Source: Candidatus Latescibacterota bacterium
GTDB lineage: Bacteria > Latescibacterota > UBA2968 > GCA-2709665
NCBI GenBank assembly: GCA_965219995.1
Contig: CBDCOX010000002.1
Coordinates: forward strand, 96,001-160,000
Length of the DNA stretch: 64,000 nucleotides
Direction of reading: 5' to 3'
Under the pieces are notes generated by a model. The model was not told the DNA's origin, searched no databases, and worked only from the letters and a program-made list of their open reading frames with translations. Positions within the stretch are counted from its first letter, which is position 1, and each line of letters begins with the position of its first letter. Positions 38,261-47,064 of the stretch are shown one piece after another. The position numbers were made by a program, and so were the translations under genes.

Positions 38261-38797
38261 TTATTTCGGAGCGATAATGATGACGATGTTGCGACCCTCG
38301 TCCTTGATAGGCACTTCGGTCGCACCGATCTCCCGAAGGTCCTCTTCGGCGCGTTCCAGAAGCTCTCTGCCCTGCATTCGGTACATATTCTGCCGGCCGC
38401 GGAACTCTACCGTGATTCTGACTTTGTGCCGGTGTTTCAGGAAGTTCTCCGCGTGGCGAATCTTGAATTCGTAATCGTGGTCGCTGATCCGGGGGCCCAG
38501 GCGTATCTCTTTCAGTTGCGACCCGCTCCTCTTTCCCTTTTTCTGTTTCTTGCTCTGCTCGTATCGGTACTTGCCGTAATTCATGATCCGGCAGACCGGC
38601 GGTCGGGCGTTGGGAGCGACTTCGACCAGGTCGAGTTCGGCTTCCTGCGCCATTTCCATCGCTTTCCGGGTTTCAACGATGCCGACCTGTTCACCCTCGT
38701 TATCGACAAGCCGGACCTGAGGTATGCGGATCTGCTCGTTGACGCGGGGCGCCCTTTCCTGCTTTCGATCTCTGAAAACTCTTCGACCTCTGTTGAT
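38261..38797 (-). CDS. infC: Translation initiation factor IF-3 (probable ATC start)
   Basis: RVNEQIRIPQVRLV, LDLVEVAPNARPPVCRIMNYGK; GGAGGTG 6 nt before ATC at 38797. Confidence 0.93.
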   Translation of the reverse strand: MNRGRRVFRDRKQERAPRVNEQIRIPQVRLVDNEGEQVGIVETRKAMEMAQEAELDLVEVAPNARPPVCRIMNYGKYRYEQSKKQKKGKRSGSQLKEIRLGPRISDHDYEFKIRHAENFLKHRHKVRITVEFRGRQNMYRMQGRELLERAEEDLREIGATEVPIKDEGRNIVIIIAPK

Positions 38798-38855
38798 ACC
38801 GATCACCTCCGAAATTGGTCCGTGCCGTCTCGGGCCAAATTGGAAAAATAGGGAC

Positions 38856-40793
38856 TCAGGTGGCGCGCTTCGTCTCGACTTCCTGCTGCATCCTGGCAAT
38901 CAGATCGAGCGTGGACATTCTTCCGAGGTCGCCGGCGCCATGTCTGCGGACCGAAATGGTTTGCGCGGCGACTTCCTGTTTTCCCACAATGATCATGTAC
39001 GGAATTTTCTGGACTTCGGCCTCGCGGATTTTGAATCCGAGCTTTGCGTCCTGCGGGTCCACTTCGGCGCGGAGACCCGCGCTGGTGAGGCGGCTGGCGA
39101 CCTCTACGGCGTATTCGACAAAGGGATCGGATACGGGAAGTACGACGGCCTGCACAGGCGCAAGCCAGAGCGGGAAGTTTCCCGCGTAATGTTCGATCAG
39201 CAGGCCGAAGAACCGTTCCATGGCGCCCAGAAGGGCGCGATGGACCATATACGGGCGGTGAAATTTCCCGTCGGATCCGACAAAGCTGAGGTCGAAGCGT
39301 TCCGGAAGGTTAAAGTCGAACTGAATGGTGGTGCATTGCCACTCCCTGTTCAGAGCGTCGTTGATGGTCACGTCGATCTTGGGGCCGTAGAACGCGCCGG
39401 CGCCTTCGTCGATCCGATAGGGCAACTTCTGGGTGTCGACGGCCCGCTTGAGCGCGTCGGTGGCTCTTTCCCAGTCGGCGGGATCTCCAACCGCTTTATC
39501 GGGCCGCGTGGAGATGTATACGTTGAAGTCCTCAAAGCCGAATGACTTGAGGATGAACATCGTGAAGTCGATCACCCGTGCGACTTCCTCCTCCACCTGG
39601 TCCGGGCGACAGAAGATATGGGCGTCGTCCTGGGTGAATCCGCGCACGCGCAACAGGCCGTGAAGCGTACCGGCCATTTCGTAGCGGTAGACGGTGCCCA
39701 GCTCCGCCCATCGAAAGGGAAGCTCCCTATAGCTGCGCCGCCGCGATTTGTAGATGAGGCTGTGGAAGGGGCAATTCATCGGTTTGGCGAAATAGGCCTG
39801 ACCGTCGATATCCATCGGGGGGTACATGTTCTCGTGGAAGAAATCCAGGTGGCCGCTGGTTTCCCAGAGCCGCGAGCGGCCGATGTGGGGCGAACCGACC
39901 AGGTCGTACCCGCCGCCGTAGTGCGCTTCGCGCCAGAAATCTTCGATCTGGTTCCTGATTCGCGCGCCCTTTGGATGCCAGAGCACCAGGCCGGGTCCGG
40001 CGGTATCGTTTATCGAAAAGAGATCGAGGCGCCCGCCGATGGTGCGGTGGTCGCGGTTCCTGGCTTCTTCCAGGTACTCCAGATAAGCGTCGAGGTCTTT
40101 CCGGCCCGGAAACGAGATGCCGTAGATGCGCTGGAGCATCACGTTGTTCTCGTCTCCCCGCCAGTATGCGCCCGAGGAACTCAGCAGTTTGACCGACTTG
40201 ATGCGGCCGGTGTCGGGGACATGCGGCCCGCGGCAGAGGTCCAGCCATCTGTCTGCATTCTTATAGATGCTGATGGTTTCGCCGGGTTCGATTTCCTCCA
40301 GGATTTCCAGTTTATAGGTTTCGCCGCGCGCACTGAACAGGTCGATCGCGGCCTCCCGGGTGATCTCCTGGCGCTCGAAGGGCTGGGCTTCCGCAATGAG
40401 TTCGCGCATGCGGACTTCAATCCGATGCAATTCGTCCGGCGTGAATGGCTTTTCGCGGTCGAAGTCGTAATAGAAGCCGTTTTCGATGGGCGGGCCCAGT
40501 GTGACTTTCACGTCCGGAAAAAGGTCCTGAACCGCCTGCGCCATGATATGGGCCGTGCTGTGCCAGTACACTTCCTTGCCGGCGTCGCTGGAGAAGGTGA
40601 GGATCTCCAGGTCGGCGTTGCCATCCAGTGACGACGTGAGATCCACGGCCCGGCCGTTGACCTTGCCGGCCAGCGCCGCGCGCGCAAGACCCGATCCGAT
40701 GGATTCGGCCACCTGCAGGATGGTGACGCCGGCGCGAAAGTCTTTTCGCGAGCCGTCGGGCAGTGTGACCGTGATTTTTTCGTTTTCAGCCAT
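38856..40793 (-). CDS. thrS: Threonine-tRNA ligase
   Basis: TLPDGS, HSTAHIMAQAV, DLCRGPHV, KPMNCPFH, RVRGFTQDDAH, AFYGPKID. Confidence 0.97.
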   Translation of the reverse strand: MAENEKITVTLPDGSRKDFRAGVTILQVAESIGSGLARAALAGKVNGRAVDLTSSLDGNADLEILTFSSDAGKEVYWHSTAHIMAQAVQDLFPDVKVTLGPPIENGFYYDFDREKPFTPDELHRIEVRMRELIAEAQPFERQEITREAAIDLFSARGETYKLEILEEIEPGETISIYKNADRWLDLCRGPHVPDTGRIKSVKLLSSSGAYWRGDENNVMLQRIYGISFPGRKDLDAYLEYLEEARNRDHRTIGGRLDLFSINDTAGPGLVLWHPKGARIRNQIEDFWREAHYGGGYDLVGSPHIGRSRLWETSGHLDFFHENMYPPMDIDGQAYFAKPMNCPFHSLIYKSRRRSYRELPFRWAELGTVYRYEMAGTLHGLLRVRGFTQDDAHIFCRPDQVEEEVARVIDFTMFILKSFGFEDFNVYISTRPDKAVGDPADWERATDALKRAVDTQKLPYRIDEGAGAFYGPKIDVTINDALNREWQCTTIQFDFNLPERFDLSFVGSDGKFHRPYMVHRALLGAMERFFGLLIEHYAGNFPLWLAPVQAVVLPVSDPFVEYAVEVASRLTSAGLRAEVDPQDAKLGFKIREAEVQKIPYMIIVGKQEVAAQTISVRRHGAGDLGRMSTLDLIARMQQEVETKRAT

Positions 40794-40950
40794 GGTTTCC
40801 GATGAATTACCGGCCCATATCCGGTTTCTGAAACAGCTCGAATCGCGACCCGCCGAAACTGGCCTGGTCAGATAATGGCCTGAGTCTCTGCGATAGTACG
40901 ATGGAAACGCTCTTCCGCGTTCGAATATACGGTTGTGTGGCATCCGGTAT

Positions 40951-41103
40951 AAAAAAAACGCGCGACCTTCCCGCTTGCGCGTCGAAATCAGCAAAGCACC
41001 TTGTGACAACCGGCCCTTTCCGTTGATACTCCTCCGCAAGAAGGTTCGCAGGTACGCAATTATATTATCAGCCAAATTTAAATTATCGCGGACGGGATGT
41101 CAA
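40951..41103 (-). promoter_or_regulatory. Promoter and structured leader upstream of thrS
   Basis: TTGACA(41103-41098)-17-TAAATT; GCGAACCTTCTTGC pairs with GCGGGAAGGTCGC, then T8. Confidence 0.5.
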
Positions 41104-41242
41104 GCGAAAACTCCCGAAATCATCGCATCGCAAAAGGGGGTTCCGGCACATGAACGCGACCTTGATGCACGACGTTTCATATTCCCGATGTGGTCCCCAA
41201 TCAGGTCCGCGCACGTCCGGCGTCGGGGCTGCGGGCGGCACA

Positions 41243-41923
41243 CTAGGGCAGGTGGAGCATCTTGTGGATCCGGCACGAGAGCCGCCACGAGGGGTGACGG
41301 GTCAGGATATCCAGGGCTTTGCGTATGTACTCGGGTTTGCTCGACTCGGGCTGGAGGTAGACGAATTCGGCGCGGGCTTCCTCCACGACGTCTTCGTGGA
41401 AGGATTTGCCGACCACGTATTTCAGCTCGGTGATACGGCTGAGGCCGCCGGCAATGGTCCTTTTCTTGGGGGAGACCGTCCAGTGCTCGATCAGGTCGTA
41501 GAGTTCCGGGTCCGGATCGACCGCGCCGTTGGTTTCGATGTGGATGTGGTAGTTGGCGGCCCGGAGTTGCCGGCAAAGCGGGCCGATGTTCTGGCCGAGG
41601 GGTTCTCCGCCGGTCAGGCAGACCCAGGAGGCGGTGTGGCGGCCGACTTCGGCCAGGATGTCGCCAATATCGAGCTCCGTGTATGAATCGAATTCGGTGT
41701 CGCAGAAGAAGCAGCGCAGGTTGCATCTGGCGAGGCGTACGAACGTGGTGGGCTGGCCGACGCGCAGACCCTCGCCTTCGATAGAGTAGAAGATCTCGTT
41801 TATCTGCAGCGTCCGGCCGTCTTCGCGCCAGAGCGGCATCCGGTCGGCCGGGGCGGAAGGAATTCCTTCCAGCATGTCGGGGTCTCTAGGGGACAGGTCG
41901 GGCTCCGGTTGGGCGGGTGTGAC
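41243..41923 (-). CDS. queE: 7-carboxy-7-deazaguanine synthase QueE (radical SAM); start uncertain
   Basis: EIFYSIEGEG, FVRLARCNLRCFFCDT, LTGGEP, IETNG, TVSPK. Confidence 0.88.
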   Translation of the reverse strand, partial: VTPAQPEPDLSPRDPDMLEGIPSAPADRMPLWREDGRTLQINEIFYSIEGEGLRVGQPTTFVRLARCNLRCFFCDTEFDSYTELDIGDILAEVGRHTASWVCLTGGEPLGQNIGPLCRQLRAANYHIHIETNGAVDPDPELYDLIEHWTVSPKKRTIAGGLSRITELKYVVGKSFHEDVVEEARAEFVYLQPESSKPEYIRKALDILTRHPSWRLSCRIHKMLHLP

Positions 41924-42148
41924 GGGATTCCGGCGAACGCAGATGAAATAATGGAAAACAGGGACATGAGACAAGGAAAATCCTTGACATCGTCCACCGC
42001 CCCTTCAATATTGTCGACCGCTCGGGGCATCCATCGTGGTACGCTCCGGTTTTTTGTTGTGAAATCGCCGGGTGTTCGCGCTGCCGCGAGCGGTTCGATG
42101 AAATTATCATGCAGGCTGCGGTCCACCGCGTTACTGGAGGGTCAACGT

Positions 42149-42829
42149 GTGGCAGACAGGACCTATGATGCCATCATTTTCGACGTGGACGGTGTGATCG
42201 TCGATTCCGAGTCGGTATACTGCGATACGTTCAATACCACGCTGGGAGATTTCGGTGCCGGGATAAGCCGAAGCGACTATACGGTCTGCGTGGGCCACCC
42301 CGTGGAAGAGAACAGCGCGTACGCCGTGGAACGATACGGGTTGGACGTGGCGCCCGCCGTATTCCGGGATATCTGGATGGGTCGATTCGAGGAAGCGATC
42401 TCAAGCCCCGGCCGGGTGCTGCCGATGCCTGGATTCCAGGAACTGCTGGCGCACGTCCGTGCCGGAGGATATCCGCTCGGGGTGGCGTCGTCCACGCAGC
42501 GTGAGCGGATGATGAAAACGCTGCGCAGCGGCCTGCTGTCCGGAATGGATGGCGTCCGTGACCCCGCCGAGGTGTTCGACGTTGTGCTGTCCGGGACCGA
42601 CGTGGATCGGTTGAAACCGGCTCCGGACATCTATCTGAAGGCGGCCCGGAAACTGAACGTCGCACCGGGTCGGTGTGCGGTCATCGAAGACAGCGAGGCG
42701 GGGGTGCGGGCCGGCAAGGCCGCGGGAATGACCGTGTTTGCGGTGCCGAATTTCTTCACCGCCCGTCAACACCACGGCGCCGCCGATTTCGTTCTGGGCG
42801 GACTGGCCGATCTGTTGGGGTATCTTTGA
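42149..42829 (+). CDS. HAD-family phosphatase
   Basis: FDVDGVIVDSE, KPAPDIY, IEDSEAG. Confidence 0.9.
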   Translation: MADRTYDAIIFDVDGVIVDSESVYCDTFNTTLGDFGAGISRSDYTVCVGHPVEENSAYAVERYGLDVAPAVFRDIWMGRFEEAISSPGRVLPMPGFQELLAHVRAGGYPLGVASSTQRERMMKTLRSGLLSGMDGVRDPAEVFDVVLSGTDVDRLKPAPDIYLKAARKLNVAPGRCAVIEDSEAGVRAGKAAGMTVFAVPNFFTARQHHGAADFVLGGLADLLGYL

Positions 42830-42876
42830 ATCCGGAAGCGAACCCGCGGCGGGATCGGCTGTTTGCGGTCCGGACG

Positions 42877-43599
42877 TCAGGCGTGGGTCTCGGCGTCGTC
42901 TTCCGGGGCGTATCCGAGCTCCTCGCGGGCGTTTCGGAGGTCCCAGTAGGCGCGGGTATTGTTCGATATGCCATAGTAAATGCCGAAGTGAACGTCCGTT
43001 TCGATGCTGCACCGCACGAGTTGAACGGTGTCGCGGTGGCTGAGCCAGGACGCGAGAATCCGGTCGCTCGTTCGATTGATGACCGAATCGGCGGGTTGAA
43101 ACGATCCGATGCGCAGACAGATCACCGAGAGTCCGAAGGCGTCCGCGTAGTACCGACCGAGATCTTCGCCGTAGGCCTTGCTCGCGCCGTAGAAACTGTC
43201 GGGCCGCGCGTTCACCTCGGTCGTGGTACCGATGCCGTTCTTTTCGTAGAATCCGGTAACGTGGTTGCTGCTGGCGAACACGAGGCGGCCGACGCCGGTC
43301 CGGCGGGCCGCCTCGTACACGGTGTAGGCGCCCCGGATGTTGGCTTCGAGGATGTCTTCGAAGGAAGCGTTTCCGTTCGGATTTCCGGCCATGTGGACCA
43401 CGGCGTCCACGCCGTCCACCGCCCGGACCACCTTGTCCAGGTCCGTGATGCCTGAGATATGCACCACTTCGCCGGGTCGGGCCGGCATGACCGTGTTGTG
43501 ATACAGCAGGCTGAGGCGGTAGTCGTCTTTCAATCCCTCTCGCAGAACGCGTCCGATTCTGCCCGCGGCGCCTGTGATGAGGATTTTCTTTTTCTGCAC
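42877..43599 (-). CDS. NAD(P)-dependent oxidoreductase (SDR, uronate dehydrogenase-like)
   Basis: TGAAGRIG, FASSNH, YGASK, LRIGSF, WLSHRD. Confidence 0.85.
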   Translation of the reverse strand: MQKKKILITGAAGRIGRVLREGLKDDYRLSLLYHNTVMPARPGEVVHISGITDLDKVVRAVDGVDAVVHMAGNPNGNASFEDILEANIRGAYTVYEAARRTGVGRLVFASSNHVTGFYEKNGIGTTTEVNARPDSFYGASKAYGEDLGRYYADAFGLSVICLRIGSFQPADSVINRTSDRILASWLSHRDTVQLVRCSIETDVHFGIYYGISNNTRAYWDLRNAREELGYAPEDDAETHA

Positions 43600-43642
43600 G
43601 CGAAGCCCTTCTTCCGTGATGTGGACGGTGTTCCCGTTTTAC

Positions 43643-44479
43643 TTACAGAGGCTTCACGCCGGCCCAATCGGGAAGGAGCCTGGCCGCATTGTTCCAGAGG
43701 ATGTCTCTCTTCGTCGCTTCAGAAAGACCGGCGCCGAGGGTCTTTCCCAGGCACTGCCCGAACAGGCGGACCGGCAGGTCGGACGCGAAAACGACGCGCC
43801 GGCCTCCCAGGGCATCCACGGCGGTTTCGACGATGCCGGCTTCGGGGTCGCCGCCGCCGGTGTCCACCACCAGGTTCGGGCAGTCCACGACGTGTTCGAT
43901 GCCCCTGAGCCCGCATCCGTTGAGGTGGGCCATGATGATTTTTGCTGCGGGGTGTTTACGCGCGAGATCGGCCACGTCCTGCGGAAAGGATTCGCCGGGC
44001 AGGTTGCCGGTGGTCTTGTCCCACGCGTGCTGCAGCACGGGGACGCCGAGTTCGGCGGCGCGTCGCATAACAGGGTCCAGGCCGGCGTCGGTAGCCCGGC
44101 GGGCCACCCAGAGCTTGACCCCGCACATGCGTTCTTCCAGGATGCAGCGGTCCATTTCGTGGACGGACTCCTCGGGAAAGGCGGGATTGACGTAGCAGAA
44201 TGGCAGGAAAGCCTCCGGCGCCAGATCGCGCATCCGCAGGTTGTAGTCGTTGCCGTCCCTGCAGTGTTGCATGGCAGGTTCGTACAGGGGGCGGCCGGCG
44301 CCGGATGCGGGATGCAGCAGAAAGATGCACATCTTCACGATCCCGGCCCGCCCGGCGGCGTCCAGGATCTTCGCGGCGTCGGCCTGGACGGAGGGCGCGC
44401 GCGGGCCGAGCGGGTGGACGTGCACGTCAAGCACGGCGCAGGGCGGTTTCAGTGCGTCTCTCAACGTTGTGAGGTCCAC
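43643..44479 (-). CDS. Amidohydrolase-2 family protein
   Basis: DVHVH, PVLQHAW, IIMAH, VFASD. Confidence 0.85.
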   Translation of the reverse strand: MDLTTLRDALKPPCAVLDVHVHPLGPRAPSVQADAAKILDAAGRAGIVKMCIFLLHPASGAGRPLYEPAMQHCRDGNDYNLRMRDLAPEAFLPFCYVNPAFPEESVHEMDRCILEERMCGVKLWVARRATDAGLDPVMRRAAELGVPVLQHAWDKTTGNLPGESFPQDVADLARKHPAAKIIMAHLNGCGLRGIEHVVDCPNLVVDTGGGDPEAGIVETAVDALGGRRVVFASDLPVRLFGQCLGKTLGAGLSEATKRDILWNNAARLLPDWAGVKPL

Positions 44480-44491
44480 CCGGAACTCCTG

Positions 44492-45244
44492 TTACCAATC
44501 GATGATCCGCTCGGCATTCCCGCCCAGGATGGCCGATGCGTCGCCGTCCGGCAGGTCGGTGACCACGCGCGACAGGGCCGAGTAGGGGATGAAGAGCGGC
44601 GCGTGAGAGCCGAACAGCAGCTTGTCCCGCAGGCCGTCTTCGACCAGCACCTTTACAGCGTCCATGCCATCCGACTGGGAAACGTCCGCGTACAGGTTGG
44701 GCAGGTCCTGGAGTCTGTCCGTGAGCGCCCTGATCTCGCCCGTTCGCGGACCGCCGATGATCACGAGGAGATCGGCGTGGCGTTCCGCGGCGTCCGCGAC
44801 TTCGGCGGCGGGGACGTCGGGTACCTGCGCGAGAGGATGTTGCCGGCGCGGATCTTCGAGCCGGGTCTGGACGATGACTCCCAGCCCGGCGCCGGCGAGG
44901 GACGCGAACAGGTCGGACGCGACGTTCAGGTCGTACCTGGAATAGGCGGGCAGAAGTTTGACCAGCCGGACCCGCGGCTGCGCTTTCGCCCGCTCGAGTT
45001 CGTCGCGCCACGTGGCGATCGTCGGGTCCAGGACGGGAACGGGCCAGACGTCGTCGGTTTCGCCCGAGGCGGTGTAGAGGTCGTCGTTGAAACGATGGGG
45101 GTTGCGGCACCAGGCGGCATCGAGCGGCGAAACACAGATGCGGTCCACGCCGTATTCTTTAAGCGATGCGCGCACCCGGCTCAGGGCGCCATCGACGGGA
45201 TGGCTGGGCCAGTTTCCGGTGTAGGCATTGATGTCGATAATCAT
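44492..45244 (-). CDS. Amidohydrolase-fold protein lacking the HxH metal motif
   Basis: MIIDINAYTGNWP, LLFGSHAPLF. Confidence 0.8.
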   Translation of the reverse strand: MIIDINAYTGNWPSHPVDGALSRVRASLKEYGVDRICVSPLDAAWCRNPHRFNDDLYTASGETDDVWPVPVLDPTIATWRDELERAKAQPRVRLVKLLPAYSRYDLNVASDLFASLAGAGLGVIVQTRLEDPRRQHPLAQVPDVPAAEVADAAERHADLLVIIGGPRTGEIRALTDRLQDLPNLYADVSQSDGMDAVKVLVEDGLRDKLLFGSHAPLFIPYSALSRVVTDLPDGDASAILGGNAERIIDW

Positions 45245-45320
45245 GCAGGTCCTCTCCTGCGCAGATTCCACATCCCGATCATGCCGTTCGGACCAGCCGA
45301 AACGGCCCCCTGGCCGTCGG

Positions 45321-46154
45321 TCAGATGGCTTCGACGCCGGCCCACGCCGGCAGAAGACGGGCGGTGTTGTTCCACAGGATCTCTTTCTTGACGGCGTCCG
45401 GGAGATCGGTTCCCAGCGTCTTGCCCAGCTGCACGCCGAAATGGCGGATCGGTGCGTCTGAGCCGTAGACGATGCGTTCGGTCCCGATGGTCGACGCGGC
45501 CGCCTCGACGATTCCGCTGTCCGGGTCTCCTCCGGACGTGTCTACGTGAATGTTCGGACAGTCTGCGACGTCTTCCATGCCGGCCAGCCCGCAGCCGTTC
45601 ATGTGAGCCATGATGATGTCGGCCTCCGGATGGCGACGCGCCAGGTGCGCCACGTCGGCCGGAAAGGATTCACCCACAAGATTGCCGTCCGTCTTGATCC
45701 ATGCGTGTTGCAGCACGGGAACGCCGAATTGTACGGCCCGTTCCAGGATGGGGTCCAGTCCCGGATCCGTCGCGCGGCGGGCAACCCACAACTTGATTCC
45801 ACACATACGCTCGCGTTCGACGCAGCGGTCGATCTCCGCGACGGATTCGACAGGGTACATCGGATTGACGTAGCAGAAGGGGATGAAGATATCCGGTGCG
45901 ACGTCCCGCATCGCAAGAGCATAGTCGTTCGCCTGCCTGAACGCTTCAACCGACGGCTCTCTCGGGCAGGCGGTGTGCAGGGAAAAGAGGCACATTTTTT
46001 CCACTCCCGATCGCCTGGCGGATTCAATGATGAGGCGCGCGTCTTCCCTGACGTCGGCGATCCTGTAGAGTCCGAAGCAGTCCAGCGGATGAACGTGGAC
46101 GTCCAGGGCCGGGAAGAGCGGCTGCAGGCGGTCCTTCATTTCGGAAGACGTCAT
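45321..46154 (-). CDS. Amidohydrolase-2 family protein (paralog of 43643..44479)
   Basis: DVHVH, PVLQHAW, IIMAH, VYGSD; shares KLWVARRATD and GESFP.DVA with the paralog. Confidence 0.85.
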   Translation of the reverse strand: MTSSEMKDRLQPLFPALDVHVHPLDCFGLYRIADVREDARLIIESARRSGVEKMCLFSLHTACPREPSVEAFRQANDYALAMRDVAPDIFIPFCYVNPMYPVESVAEIDRCVERERMCGIKLWVARRATDPGLDPILERAVQFGVPVLQHAWIKTDGNLVGESFPADVAHLARRHPEADIIMAHMNGCGLAGMEDVADCPNIHVDTSGGDPDSGIVEAAASTIGTERIVYGSDAPIRHFGVQLGKTLGTDLPDAVKKEILWNNTARLLPAWAGVEAI

Positions 46155-46297
46155 TGCTTTCTCCGGGATGGAGCGCAACATTTGTGCCGGACACGATCCG
46201 GCGGGCGCTTTTTTCGATAAATCCCTTGCCCCCGCAATTCGTCCCATATATAATTAACTTGTGCGCAAATGTCAGCAGATTTCGGCACGGGAGGAAG

Positions 46298-47050
46298 ATG
46301 AAAGCGATTATCATGGCGGCGGGTTACGCCACACGCCTGCACCCGCTCACCCTGAATTTTCCGAAAGGACTCCTCAAGGTGGGCGCGCGCGCGATTGTGG
46401 ACTATCTGATGGAGCAGATCGAGTCCTTGCCGGGGCTCGACGGGGTCTATCTGATCACCAACCGCCGGTTCGCCGGCCATTTCGAGCGATGGGCCGCGGG
46501 GTGGAACGGCCGCCTGGACGTCGACGTGATCGACGACGGGACCACGTCCAACGAGAACCGGCTGGGGGCGGTGGGGGACATCCGGTTCGCCATTCGCGCG
46601 CGGGCGGTATCGGACGATGTTCTGGTATGCGGATCGGACAATCTGCTTCAATTTCGCCTGCAGGACCTGGTGGCCGACTTCCGCGCGAATCCGGCGGCGC
46701 ACATCTGCGTGGGTCACGTGGAAGATCCGGAGGACCGCAGGCGCCGCGGAATCGCGGTGCTGGATGCAGACAACCGGGTGGTGAAGTTTGCCGAAAAACC
46801 CGATCATCCGGAGTCGTCCTGGGGCTCGGCGGCCATCTATGTATATCCCGCGTCCACGCTGAAGCGGTTCGACGAATATATCGAGAGCGGCCGGACGCCG
46901 GACGCGCCGGGTCACTTTGTGGAGTGGCTCTGCCAGGTGGAACCCGTCTATGCGCACAGGATTCGCGGCACGGCGATCGATATAGGAAATCCGGACACCC
47001 TCGCGTGGGCGAGGCGCGAGTACGGGAGTGCGGGGTCACCAATAGAGTGA
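46298..47050 (+). CDS. Sugar-phosphate nucleotidyltransferase
   Basis: MKAIIMAAGYATRLHPLT...PKGLL, FAEKP, DIG. Confidence 0.9.
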   Translation: MKAIIMAAGYATRLHPLTLNFPKGLLKVGARAIVDYLMEQIESLPGLDGVYLITNRRFAGHFERWAAGWNGRLDVDVIDDGTTSNENRLGAVGDIRFAIRARAVSDDVLVCGSDNLLQFRLQDLVADFRANPAAHICVGHVEDPEDRRRRGIAVLDADNRVVKFAEKPDHPESSWGSAAIYVYPASTLKRFDEYIESGRTPDAPGHFVEWLCQVEPVYAHRIRGTAIDIGNPDTLAWARREYGSAGSPIE

Positions 47051-47064
47051 CTCGTGCAATAACC

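Noticed and set aside
41243-41923. queE as part of a 7-deazaguanine DNA modification (dpd) system
   Set aside because: No dpdA/tgt-like, queC or queD genes nearby; likely ordinary queuosine pathway
46261-47064. N-terminal 268 aa of the 763-aa ORF
   Set aside because: Overlaps the nucleotidyltransferase in another frame; the credible protein starts at 47065 or 47086 with a signal peptide
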